Shown here one piece after another: positions 1 through 8,038 of a DNA stretch of 44,898 nucleotides. The position numbers and the translations under genes are program-made. Position 1 is the first letter of the stretch. Every line of letters starts with the position of its first letter. The stretch is from Pontimonas sp. (GTDB lineage: Bacteria; Actinomycetota; Actinomycetes; Actinomycetales; Microbacteriaceae), in assembly GCA_965659525.1 (NCBI GenBank), contig CBFHWA010000001.1:1-44898 (forward strand), read 5' to 3'. Below the pieces are notes generated by a model that saw nothing but the letters and a program-made list of their open reading frames with translations, did no database searches and was not told where the DNA came from.

Positions 1-1
1 C

Positions 2-529
2 TGGGTCTACCTCGCACTCGGACTTGTCCTCATTGCCGCACTCCTCGTTGGCTTCATCCCCGATGAGACAGCGGCGCGCCCGACCGCGAGCGCGTTGGCC
101 ATGGCGGTGGGCTCGGGGTTGCTCATCGGCCTGTTTTATCTCTTCATCGACCAGGCGCCCGAAGACTCCGGCGTCACACCACTAGTGGCCAACCGAATGG
201 TTCAAGTCAGTATCGTCATCATCATCCTCACAGTCTGGTTGGCCCGCCGCGGCGGGAAAAGCCTGATCAAACCCAACACGGAGGGTGTGATGTCTTGGCC
301 GAAGCTCTGGAGCTTGATCGCCGTGGGGGGCGTATTAGATGCCGCCACGAATATCGCGGTCCTCACCGGGTTTCGCCTCGGTGAGATGACCATCGTCGCG
401 GTGCTCACCGCTCTTTACCCCGCCGGAACTATCCTCTTGGCCGCCATCGTGTTGCGCGAGCGTATTCAAAAAATCCAGTGGGCCGGTTTAGCTCTCGCCC
501 TGATTGCGAGCATGCTCCTTGCCCTCTAA
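2..529 (+). CDS. EamA/DMT family transporter (5' truncated by window edge)
   Basis: The frame of ORF 95..529 is open back to position 2 (WVYLALGLVLIAALLVG...). It has multiple TM segments and the EamA-type C-terminal motif 'AVLTALYPAGTILLAAIVLRERI...WAGLALAL'. Confidence 0.85.
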   Translation, partial: WVYLALGLVLIAALLVGFIPDETAARPTASALAMAVGSGLLIGLFYLFIDQAPEDSGVTPLVANRMVQVSIVIIILTVWLARRGGKSLIKPNTEGVMSWPKLWSLIAVGGVLDAATNIAVLTGFRLGEMTIVAVLTALYPAGTILLAAIVLRERIQKIQWAGLALALIASMLLAL

Positions 530-1160
530 ACCTTCACTGAGCACCGGATACCTCGCCCATTTGGCCAGCCGCTTGATCCGACTGATTGTCGGATTATTCC
601 TCTTTGGTTTTGCCGTAGCGATGATGCTGCGCGCCCGGGTCGGTGTGGACCCGTGGACGGTCTTCGCGGAAGGCCTGGCGCTCACCACCGGCATCAGTAT
701 TGGCTGGTGGGTGGTCATTATCGGACTGGGCGTGTTGTTGCTGTGGATTCCGCTTCGGCAAAAACCGGGCCTGGGCACCGTATTAAACGCCCTCCTGGTG
801 GGTCCGTTTATGGAATTTGCCCTCGTGTTTGTCGACACCCCCGACACCCTGGTCCACCGCTGGGTGGTGTTTCTCACCGGTGTGCTGATGTTGGCGATTG
901 CCAGTGGCCTCTACATCGGAGCGCGCTTTGGACCCGGTCCTCGCGATGGGCTGATGACGGGAGCCAATAGCCGTTTCGGGTGGCCGATTTGGGTGGTTCG
1001 CACCAGCGTTGAGGTCACCGTGTTGGTCATTGGGTGGATTCTCGGGGGCGACTTTGGCCCCGGAACGATCGTCTTCGCCCTCGCAATCGGACCGCTGGTC
1101 CACCGCACTATTCCGGCGATGCGCACCCCCGACTACTCGGAAAAGGCAACCGGTAGATAG
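519..1160 (+). CDS. YczE/YitT family membrane protein
   Basis: Motifs 'GVDPWTVFAEGL', 'RQKPGLGTVLN', 'GPGPRDGLMTG' and 'RTSVEVTVLVIGWILGG'. The start is uncertain; an in-frame TTG at 519 overlaps the upstream gene end. Confidence 0.85.
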   Translation: MPSKPSLSTGYLAHLASRLIRLIVGLFLFGFAVAMMLRARVGVDPWTVFAEGLALTTGISIGWWVVIIGLGVLLLWIPLRQKPGLGTVLNALLVGPFMEFALVFVDTPDTLVHRWVVFLTGVLMLAIASGLYIGARFGPGPRDGLMTGANSRFGWPIWVVRTSVEVTVLVIGWILGGDFGPGTIVFALAIGPLVHRTIPAMRTPDYSEKATGR

Positions 1161-1807
1161 AGGTCCTGCATCCGGTTATCCAGTGCCGTGTGGTCATTGC
1201 GGGTGTAAATCGCACAGGCCTCCACTCGGCAGTCGACAAACTCATCAGCCGGGGGGCCAAGCTCCAGATACGCGGTGAAATCACCGGCTGCGGGGTCGTC
1301 ATAGCCCCTGGCGCCAAAGAGCTTCCACGCCCAATCGTCATTAATCCAGTTCGCCGCAGCCCACTCGATGGTCCGTTGCCCGTCGTCTCCTTCGACCTCA
1401 GTCGAGGGCACCCCACCCAGACACGGCCCGGGGCGCTGATCGGGCGAATCCGGGATTTTGCACACCGCGACGTAGATGCCGTTTTGTGAATTAAACCCTG
1501 TCCCCGAGACCACCAATCGATCCCCCTGGGTGACGCGCTCCAAGTCCACTTCGGAGTCATCCACACCGCGAACCCTGAGGCTGCGCTCCCGGCCGTCCTC
1601 CCCGGTTGCCACCACGGAGGCCGGATACCCCGTTGGTTCCTGCTGACCAGACAGCCCGGTCGGTCCGGAGAAAACAATGGGCCAGACCAGGTAGATCACA
1701 AAGACCACAACCACCACTGCCACAGCGATGGTCGCTCCCAAGAGTTGGCGCCTCGCGCGCGAGCGCCTCGCGCGCTGAGCCTCGGGGTCACCTGCGCTAG
1801 ACGTCAT
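1133..1807 (-). CDS. Membrane-anchored exported protein with Cys-containing Ig-like (neocarzinostatin-apoprotein-like / HtaA-locus-type) domain
   Basis: ATG at 1807 is preceded by TAGACT-7nt. Basic N-terminus and single TM helix, then 'VSGTGF..NGIYVAVC..PCLGG..DCRVEACAIYTRNDH..QDLYLPVAF'. Confidence 0.65.
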   Translation of the reverse strand: MTSSAGDPEAQRARRSRARRQLLGATIAVAVVVVVFVIYLVWPIVFSGPTGLSGQQEPTGYPASVVATGEDGRERSLRVRGVDDSEVDLERVTQGDRLVVSGTGFNSQNGIYVAVCKIPDSPDQRPGPCLGGVPSTEVEGDDGQRTIEWAAANWINDDWAWKLFGARGYDDPAAGDFTAYLELGPPADEFVDCRVEACAIYTRNDHTALDNRMQDLYLPVAFSE

Positions 1808-1844
1808 ATCTCTCAGTCTAAATCCGGGGGCTAACCTGTGTCGG

Positions 1845-2243
1845 GTGGGAGCGCTCTTCACGGCAGTAGCCATCGCAGTGGCCGGGGCTCTGGGCGCCCT
1901 CTCGCGGGTGGGCCTCGAGCAGTGGCTCGGTGGCGACCCGCTGTCCCCGACGACTCTTGCAGTAACACTGGGGGTCAATACCGCCGGTGCGCTGGCGCTT
2001 GGTCTGTTGCGCCGTGAACACTCACTCCAACCGCCACCCTGGCTGCGCCAGGCACTGGGTGTTGGTTTCTTGGGCGCCTTTACGACCTGGTCGGCTGTTA
2101 TGGTCCAGGTTCATCTCCTGACCACCGACGTGAGCGCGTGGTGGGCAGTTTCCTATCTGGTGGCCACCCTGGGGCTGGGACTCGTTGCCGCCTGGTGGGG
2201 GCTTGCCTCACGGGTGAGGCGGGGCCCGGAGGTGAGGCCATGA
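1845..2243 (+). CDS. crcB: Fluoride efflux channel Fluc/CrcB subunit 1
   Basis: 'AGALGALSR', 'TLGVNTAGALALG' and 'GVGFLGAFTTWS' match Fluc motifs; 4 TM segments. Confidence 0.85.
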   Translation: MGALFTAVAIAVAGALGALSRVGLEQWLGGDPLSPTTLAVTLGVNTAGALALGLLRREHSLQPPPWLRQALGVGFLGAFTTWSAVMVQVHLLTTDVSAWWAVSYLVATLGLGLVAAWWGLASRVRRGPEVRP

Positions 2244-2602
2244 CCGGCATTGATATGGCGCTCATCGCGGCACTTGGCGCTGCGGGGGCCCTGGTGCGCT
2301 GGGCGGTGACGTCCTGGGTGACGAATTGGAATCGTGCGCTGATGGTGGTGTTAGTCAACACACTCGGTGCATTTGGTGCGGGGCTAACCTGGAGCGCTGA
2401 CTGGGGTGCCTGGGCGACACTGCTGGCGGGGGGCCTGTGGGGGTCACTGACGACACTGTCCACCCTGGCCGTCGATGTTGTTGAGACCAGCCGCCGGCAC
2501 ACGCGCCGACGCGCACTGGTGTTGTTAGCCCTCCACGTCATCGCCGGACTGGTCGCGGTGTGGCTGGGTGTGTCACTGGGTGGGGTGATTGCCGGGAGCT
2601 AG
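2240..2602 (+). CDS. crcB: Fluoride efflux channel Fluc/CrcB subunit 2
   Basis: ATG 2240 overlaps the upstream TGA (ATGA) and follows a GAGG SD. Motifs 'GAAGALVRW', 'VNTLGAF' and 'GGLWGSLTTLST'. Confidence 0.8.
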   Translation: MTGIDMALIAALGAAGALVRWAVTSWVTNWNRALMVVLVNTLGAFGAGLTWSADWGAWATLLAGGLWGSLTTLSTLAVDVVETSRRHTRRRALVLLALHVIAGLVAVWLGVSLGGVIAGS

Positions 2603-2646
2603 AGGCCGGGTAAGCCCCTGCTTCTCGGACTGCGTGAGGCTCTGCG

Positions 2647-2655
2647 TGATACAGT
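2647..2655 (+). promoter_or_regulatory. Extended -10 promoter (TGnTACAGT) for DUF3073 gene
   Basis: TGATACAGT lies about 70 nt upstream of ATG 2726. Confidence 0.5.
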
Positions 2656-2725
2656 GGCGCTCGATTTCGCGCGCGGAGCCTGCGCGTGCCCGCCAGGGAA
2701 ATAGTGGCCTTCTTCGAGGAGTGAC

Positions 2726-2896
2726 ATGGGTCGCGGACGTCAGAAAGCAAAGCACACCAAAGTTGCCCGGGAGCTCAAATACAGCTCTCCCGATACCGAC
2801 TTGTCTCAGCTCGAGCGCGAGCTGGCCAGCCAGTCGGGTAGTGACGAGGACGCCCTGATCGACCGCTGGGCGGACGACGAAGACGACGAGCGCTAA
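2726..2896 (+). CDS. DUF3073 domain small protein (56 aa; absent from the ORF track)
   Basis: Translates as MGRGRQKAKHTKVARELKYSSPDTDLSQLERELASQSGSDEDALIDRWADDEDDER*, with a GAGGAG SD. This family is typically convergent with purM in Actinobacteria. Confidence 0.92.
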   Translation: MGRGRQKAKHTKVARELKYSSPDTDLSQLERELASQSGSDEDALIDRWADDEDDER

Positions 2897-3981
2897 GCGC
2901 CCCAGCGTCCTCGCAGCTCCACAACGCCTCCGCTAACACCCTTGGCTGCCTCACTGGCCCGGTCCGTCGCCTGCACCGACGCCACGACACTGGCCTGAAA
3001 ACCAGCTTCCGACAGCGCGGCCACCACGTCAGCCCCGGCACCGGATTGAACGATCAGTGCTGCCCCCATACCCAGGTTCCAGGTATCTTCAACATCCCCC
3101 AGACCAAGTCCACCCTGCGTGGCCAAGGCTGCGAAGAGAGGGGGAACATCCCAGCTGCCGCGCTCGAGGATGATTTCTCGTCCGGAGGCAATCACGCGCT
3201 GCAGGTTTTGAGCGATCCCTCCGCCGGTGATGTGACTGGCGGAGTGGACCACACCGGGCAGGTTCTCCAGTACCCGAAGAATCCCCGGGGTGTAGACGAG
3301 GGTTGGCTCGAGCAGGGCCTCACCCAGGGGGGCATCAAGCCCCGGTAGTGAGTCTGTCCACGCCAGTTTCGAATCGGCGACGATTTTTCTGGCCAATGAA
3401 TAACCGTTGCTGTGGAGACCGCTGGAGGCAATCGCCACCACCTGATCGCCGGGTTGGACCCGGGCGGGGGTGAGTAACTGGTCTTTTTCGACAACTCCCG
3501 TCGCCGCGGCAGCCACGTCATATTCGTGCTCGCCCAGCAGGCCGGGGTGCTCCGCGGTTTCACCACCGATGAGTGCCACATCGCTATTGGCACAGGCTGT
3601 GGCAATCCCGGAGACGATTGACGCGATAGTTTCTGGCACGACTTTGCCACAGGCGATGTAGTCGGTCAGAAAAAGGGGTTTCGCCCCCACGACGACAATG
3701 TCGTCGATGACCATGGCCACGAGGTCTTGACCAATCGTGTCGTGGCGATCAAGCGCCTGGGCGATGGCGACTTTCGTTCCCACACCATCAGTCGACGTGG
3801 CCAGCACCGGGTGGTCGTAGTCGCGCAGCGCCCGGGCGTCGAAGAGTCCCGCAAAACCGCCGACACCACCGAGTACCAGGTTGCTGTGGGTGGCCTGCAC
3901 ATCAGAGCGCATCAACTCGATGGCCCGATCGCCGGCGTGAGTGTCAACCCCGGAGCGCTGATAGGCCGTGGGTTCACTCAC
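2893..3981 (-). CDS. purM: Phosphoribosylformylglycinamidine cyclo-ligase (AIR synthetase)
   Basis: 'YQRSGVD', 'GGFAGLF', 'STDGVGTK', 'GGETAEHPG' and 'SSGLHSNGYSL'. Start placed at GTG 3981, with TAGGCT 7 nt upstream. Confidence 0.97.
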   Translation of the reverse strand: MSEPTAYQRSGVDTHAGDRAIELMRSDVQATHSNLVLGGVGGFAGLFDARALRDYDHPVLATSTDGVGTKVAIAQALDRHDTIGQDLVAMVIDDIVVVGAKPLFLTDYIACGKVVPETIASIVSGIATACANSDVALIGGETAEHPGLLGEHEYDVAAAATGVVEKDQLLTPARVQPGDQVVAIASSGLHSNGYSLARKIVADSKLAWTDSLPGLDAPLGEALLEPTLVYTPGILRVLENLPGVVHSASHITGGGIAQNLQRVIASGREIILERGSWDVPPLFAALATQGGLGLGDVEDTWNLGMGAALIVQSGAGADVVAALSEAGFQASVVASVQATDRASEAAKGVSGGVVELRGRWGA

Positions 3982-4013
3982 GCCATCGAGCCTAGCCGAG
4001 CCGGGCTCGGGGC

Positions 4014-4022
4014 TGTGGATAA
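4014..4022 (-). promoter_or_regulatory. Perfect DnaA-box sequence (TTATCCACA)
   Basis: TGTGGATAA on the + strand, in the divergent intergenic region upstream of purM. Single copy; function unproven. Confidence 0.35.
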
Positions 4023-4091
4023 ATCCGACGGCGAATCGGCCGCGGTTTTTACGCTCGGTGGCCGATACGACGTGAGAACGAAAGGTTTTCC

Positions 4092-5765
4092 ATGCTCTGG
4101 CTGCATTCACACCCCGGCTTGCGCACCCCCATCCTGCGCCTGCCCGCCATCGTTGGCGCCCTCATCATCTCCCTGGCCGTAGTGGCCAGCCCCGCTGATG
4201 CTTATGCCGATGAACAGGGGCCCCTCAATACCGCGAGTGTGAACTGGGCGAGCGCCGATTCGACCAGCGCGGTGTGGACCGGGGGCACACCGCAGGCTTT
4301 TGAGCCCCGCGAAACCGGGTGGACCTCCGGGCCCTTTACCGCGCTGGGACAGCTGGGGCTGGCGATGACGCTCAACGACGATGCGTCGTCTCGCAAAACC
4401 TTTAGCGCGTTTAACGAAACCGTCACCCTCGAACAGGGTGGGCAGCATCAGATGGAGCTCTACAACGTGATTCGGATGAACTCGTTTCAGCACATCGACA
4501 CCACGGTCACCATCACGGCCGCGGGCAACTCCCTTCGCTATGTCGTCGACCTGTCCGACCACTACCCCAGCTCGCTACCGGGTAAGAGGCTGTTTTGGAA
4601 CGTCGACTTTCAGGCTGGTGCCGATGTGCTCTACGAAAAACCAGACGCAAAAACCCTCATCGTGACCGACCAGTCGGGGGAGTTTGGCACTGTCGTCTTA
4701 CACATCGACACCACGGGGGGCGAAGCAGTGTGGGCGGGACGAGATGTCCATACTGACGCCCTGGCCGATGGTGACCCCCAGGCCACGGGCTATGTCCGAA
4801 ACATCAGCCACGCTCCGGTGACAGCGACTATTCACGCCATTGTCGTCGACTTTGACCCCTGTGGCGCCAATCAGGCTCGTGACACCGCCCGCACTATTGC
4901 CACCGATCCCGCCAGCTGGTTTGGCGAGGTTATCCCGGTCCACTCTGACTGCGTGCTTGAGACCCAGTGGGACTACCTCACCGGGGCTAACGAGCCACAG
5001 AACATCGCGCTTAGTCTCGATTCGGCCGTTTCAGACCCGGAAGGCTCCACCCGTCGCTACCGCCTGGAGGGTCTGCCGGCATTTCTCGATGCCACGATCG
5101 ATGATCAAGCAACACCGGCGAGGATCTCCATTGACTCGAGCACAGAGGAAACAACGGGGGACTACCCACTTGTGCTGGGCAGTTGGCTGGAGACCACCCA
5201 GGATGGTCAAACCGTTCGGGCCAGGCCGCTGCGCTCAGAGATCACATTGAGCGTTTCCGAGCCGCCACCACCGCCTGAACCGGAGCCGGAACCAGAACCG
5301 GAGCCAGAGCCAGAAGAAGTCCCCGAAGAGGTCGCCGCTGATCAGCCAGAAGCGACGGCGCCGCCTCAGCCAGAATCACGGGACACATCAGCACCCGGGC
5401 GTGATCGTGGTGACGATGACGATGACGGGCAGGCAGCGGTTGACCTCGCCGGGCAACTGCCGCCGCCCCCGATTGTTCCCTTTACCCCGGTGCCGCCGGT
5501 GGGTTCTGGTGACGACGCCGCCACGGAGAATGCGGAGCAGACTGGTGAAGCAGAGCCGGACTTTCAACTCCAAGAATCAGGCCCACCCACACCGCTGCCG
5601 GAAACCCCCGAGCTGCCCGAGACCACCGAGGCGATGGCCACACCAGAGCTCAACCTCTGGCGGAGTATGTGGTGGGTGTGGGTAGCAGGTGGTGTGGGAC
5701 TCGTGGCTGCCGCGGTGCTTGGCGCCTGGCGTCGTCGCGGTCCCCACAAATCGGTGGGGTGGTAG
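4092..5765 (+). CDS. Secreted/surface-anchored hypothetical protein with Pro/Glu-rich linker and C-terminal TM anchor
   Basis: N-terminal signal peptide (..VASPADAYA-D), a ~350 aa beta-rich region and a PE repeat. The C-terminus has LPETP/LPETT, a hydrophobic helix and an RRR tail. Confidence 0.75.
   Translation: MLWLHSHPGLRTPILRLPAIVGALIISLAVVASPADAYADEQGPLNTASVNWASADSTSAVWTGGTPQAFEPRETGWTSGPFTALGQLGLAMTLNDDASSRKTFSAFNETVTLEQGGQHQMELYNVIRMNSFQHIDTTVTITAAGNSLRYVVDLSDHYPSSLPGKRLFWNVDFQAGADVLYEKPDAKTLIVTDQSGEFGTVVLHIDTTGGEAVWAGRDVHTDALADGDPQATGYVRNISHAPVTATIHAIVVDFDPCGANQARDTARTIATDPASWFGEVIPVHSDCVLETQWDYLTGANEPQNIALSLDSAVSDPEGSTRRYRLEGLPAFLDATIDDQATPARISIDSSTEETTGDYPLVLGSWLETTQDGQTVRARPLRSEITLSVSEPPPPPEPEPEPEPEPEPEEVPEEVAADQPEATAPPQPESRDTSAPGRDRGDDDDDGQAAVDLAGQLPPPPIVPFTPVPPVGSGDDAATENAEQTGEAEPDFQLQESGPPTPLPETPELPETTEAMATPELNLWRSMWWVWVAGGVGLVAAAVLGAWRRRGPHKSVGW
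5274..5315 (+). repeat. Coding hexamer repeat (CCNGAR)x7 encoding (PE)7
   Basis: cctgaa ccggag ccggaa ccagaa ccggag ccagag ccagaa. Confidence 0.85.
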
Positions 5766-5797
5766 CCCGCCGGTGCCCGAATGAGACACCCGTGTTG

Positions 5798-5871
5798 TGC
5801 CAGACTGTGAACCAGCGTTCGCGTTTCCCCGGTGACACCGGGGAACCTCCGAAAGGGAGATCGACCGGGGC
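5798..5871 (+). promoter_or_regulatory. purF promoter and structured 5' leader
   Basis: TGcCAGACT extended -10 at 5798-5806. 9-bp hairpin 5825-5845, then a GAAA-loop hairpin covering the GGGAG SD (5846-5859). Confidence 0.45.
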
Positions 5872-7329
5872 ATGTGTGGCATCGTGGGGATGGTCTCATC
5901 CGGTCCGGTTAACCAGGACATTTACGACGCTTTAGCACTGCTGCAGCATCGCGGACAAGACTCCACCGGTCTCGCCACGGGCGACGGTGAGAGCTTTCAT
6001 ATTCACAAAGCCAAAGGCCAGGTGCGCGAGGCGTATCGAACCCGGGATATGCGCCGGCTGGTGGGAACCAGTGGTCTCGGCCACGTCCGCTACGCCACCC
6101 GCGGCAAAGCCAAACGAGAAGAAGAAGCACAGCCGTTTTATGTCAACTCTCCTTTCGGCATCGTCTTGGTCCACAACGGCAACCTGACCAACACCCAGGA
6201 GCTCACCCACCAGCTGCTCCACGATGATCGCCGACACGTCAACACGACCTCGGATACGGAACTGTTGGTCAATGTTTTGGCCAGTGAGCTTCTGCGCGCC
6301 GGTAATGGTGACTCGTTTGACCCACAACACCTCTTCACCGCGATCTCACGCGTTCACGAGCGAGTCGAGGGCTCCTACGCGACGATCGCGCTCATTGCCG
6401 GACACGGACTGGTGGCCTTTCGCGACCCCTTCGGTATTCGCCCGCTCATCCTCGGGCAGCGGCAAGCCGGGCTACTCGGGACCGAATGGGTCGTCGCCAG
6501 TGAATCCCTGGTGCTGGAATCTGGTGGCTACGACGTCGTGGGAGATATCAGCCCCGGTGAAGCGGTGTTTATCTCCACTGACGGTGAGATGACCCGCAAG
6601 CAGTGTGCGAATAATCCCCAGCTCTATCCGTGTTCGTTTGAATACGTTTACTTAGCCCGACCCGACTCGATTATGAACGGCATCTCGGTTTATGAAGCGC
6701 GGCTTCGCCTCGGGGATAGGTTGGCTGCCACCATCGCCAAACACGCCCCGATTGCCGATATCGATGTGGTCATGCCCATTCCCGATTCGGCGCGTCCCGC
6801 GGCGATGCAAGTTGCCAAACGGTTGGGCATCGAATACCGCGAGGGCTTTTATAAAAACAAGTACGTCGGGCGGACGTTCATCATGCCGGGCCAGGCCGAG
6901 CGCACCCGCAGTGTGCGACAAAAACTCAACGCCCTGCCAAGCGAATTTGCCGGGAAAAACATCCTCATCGTCGACGACTCCATTGTTCGGGGAACAACGT
7001 CCAAAGAAATCGTGGAAATGGCCCGCCAGGCGGGCGCCAAAACGGTGACGTTCACCTCAGCGGCCCCTCCAGTTCGCTACCCCCACGTCTATGGCATCAA
7101 TATGCCAAGCAGCAAAGAGCTCGTCGCGGCCGGTCGGACCATCCCCGAAATCACCCAGGAGATTGGTGCTGACTACCTGATCTACCAAGAAGTCGACGAT
7201 ATGAAAGACGCCATCCTCGAGGGAACCGACATCACCGACCTCGACATGAGTTGCTTCACCGGTGAGTACTGCACCGGAAACATCGACCAGGACTACCTCA
7301 GCTGGCTTGAAGGCAACCAGTCGAGCTAG
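5872..7329 (+). CDS. purF: Amidophosphoribosyltransferase
   Basis: N-terminal MCGIVG (catalytic Cys), 'LQHRGQDS', 'HNGNLTN' and the PRPP-binding motif 'IVDDSIVRGTT'. Confidence 0.98.
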   Translation: MCGIVGMVSSGPVNQDIYDALALLQHRGQDSTGLATGDGESFHIHKAKGQVREAYRTRDMRRLVGTSGLGHVRYATRGKAKREEEAQPFYVNSPFGIVLVHNGNLTNTQELTHQLLHDDRRHVNTTSDTELLVNVLASELLRAGNGDSFDPQHLFTAISRVHERVEGSYATIALIAGHGLVAFRDPFGIRPLILGQRQAGLLGTEWVVASESLVLESGGYDVVGDISPGEAVFISTDGEMTRKQCANNPQLYPCSFEYVYLARPDSIMNGISVYEARLRLGDRLAATIAKHAPIADIDVVMPIPDSARPAAMQVAKRLGIEYREGFYKNKYVGRTFIMPGQAERTRSVRQKLNALPSEFAGKNILIVDDSIVRGTTSKEIVEMARQAGAKTVTFTSAAPPVRYPHVYGINMPSSKELVAAGRTIPEITQEIGADYLIYQEVDDMKDAILEGTDITDLDMSCFTGEYCTGNIDQDYLSWLEGNQSS

Positions 7330-7619
7330 TCTTCCCGGGCAGCGCGGATCTCGCGTTGCTTTTTCTTTGACCGCCGGTCAAGAACCAACCACCAAATAAG
7401 CCCGGTCGTGATTCCCGCGCTCACCCCGTAGAGGGAAAAGTATCCAGCGAGGGTGGAAAACCCCACACCCGGGTCTGCGGGAAACAGCGACGTCACAATC
7501 AGCGTCACAATGACCCCCACCCCGGCGCCCACCACGACAAAGGGGGCGAGTTTGGGCGCACGACGAAGCCGCATGGGCTGCTCGTCGGGAGCGTCGTCGG
7601 GTTGGGTACCAGTCGTCAC
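7326..7619 (-). CDS. Small 2-TM hypothetical membrane protein
   Basis: GTG 7619 has TAGGCT 7 nt upstream. Sequence 'RRAPKLAPFVVVG...LDRRS' with two TM helices. Confidence 0.7.
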   Translation of the reverse strand: MTTGTQPDDAPDEQPMRLRRAPKLAPFVVVGAGVGVIVTLIVTSLFPADPGVGFSTLAGYFSLYGVSAGITTGLIWWLVLDRRSKKKQREIRAARED

Positions 7620-7624
7620 GGCGG

Positions 7625-7999
7625 TCAGCCTAACGGCCAGAGGGGAAAGAACCCTCGAAGATCGGAGCGCTCCCCTGAGGCGCGAATGCGACCCTGCTCG
7701 ACAAGGACACCCCACTGGGCAAGCCCCAGCGCCAGCTCCACACAGGCTTCTGGGTCCATTTCCACCGTCGCCGGTGGGGTCCCGCGGGTGTGCCGGGTGC
7801 CCTCCACCGCCTGCACGGCCCCGTAGGGCGGAACACGTACTTCCACACTGCGGCCAGGAGCGTGGTCGGACAACGTCTGGAGGATGTAGCGCACGGCACG
7901 GGCAAGGCTGTCTGGATCGCTCGCGGATTGACCGCGGGAAGCGCGGTAATCATCGAGTGCCAACTGGCCGTCTCGGTCAGGGATTCTGCGTGGGGACAC
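7625..7999 (-). CDS. Bacterial SCP/sterol-carrier family protein
   Basis: 'APGRSVEVRVPPYGAVQAVEGTRHTRGTPPATVEMD...ASGERSDL' is the actinobacterial SCP-ortholog signature usually found near pur genes. Confidence 0.88.
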   Translation of the reverse strand: MSPRRIPDRDGQLALDDYRASRGQSASDPDSLARAVRYILQTLSDHAPGRSVEVRVPPYGAVQAVEGTRHTRGTPPATVEMDPEACVELALGLAQWGVLVEQGRIRASGERSDLRGFFPLWPLG

Positions 8000-8038
8000 C
8001 CCCTCACGCTACCCACCGGTGCTGTGTACGCTGGCCTG

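Noticed and set aside
1808-1844. Fluoride riboswitch upstream of crcB
   Set aside because: Only 37 nt of intergenic space, no GGCGAUG-type consensus, and the gene appears leaderless.
7790-8038. N-terminal extensions in the ORF track (purD, purM, purS, crcB2, crtEb, NTF2, TspO-like, Abi)
   Set aside because: They overlap neighbouring genes or promoters; family homology and -10/SD placement indicate the downstream starts.
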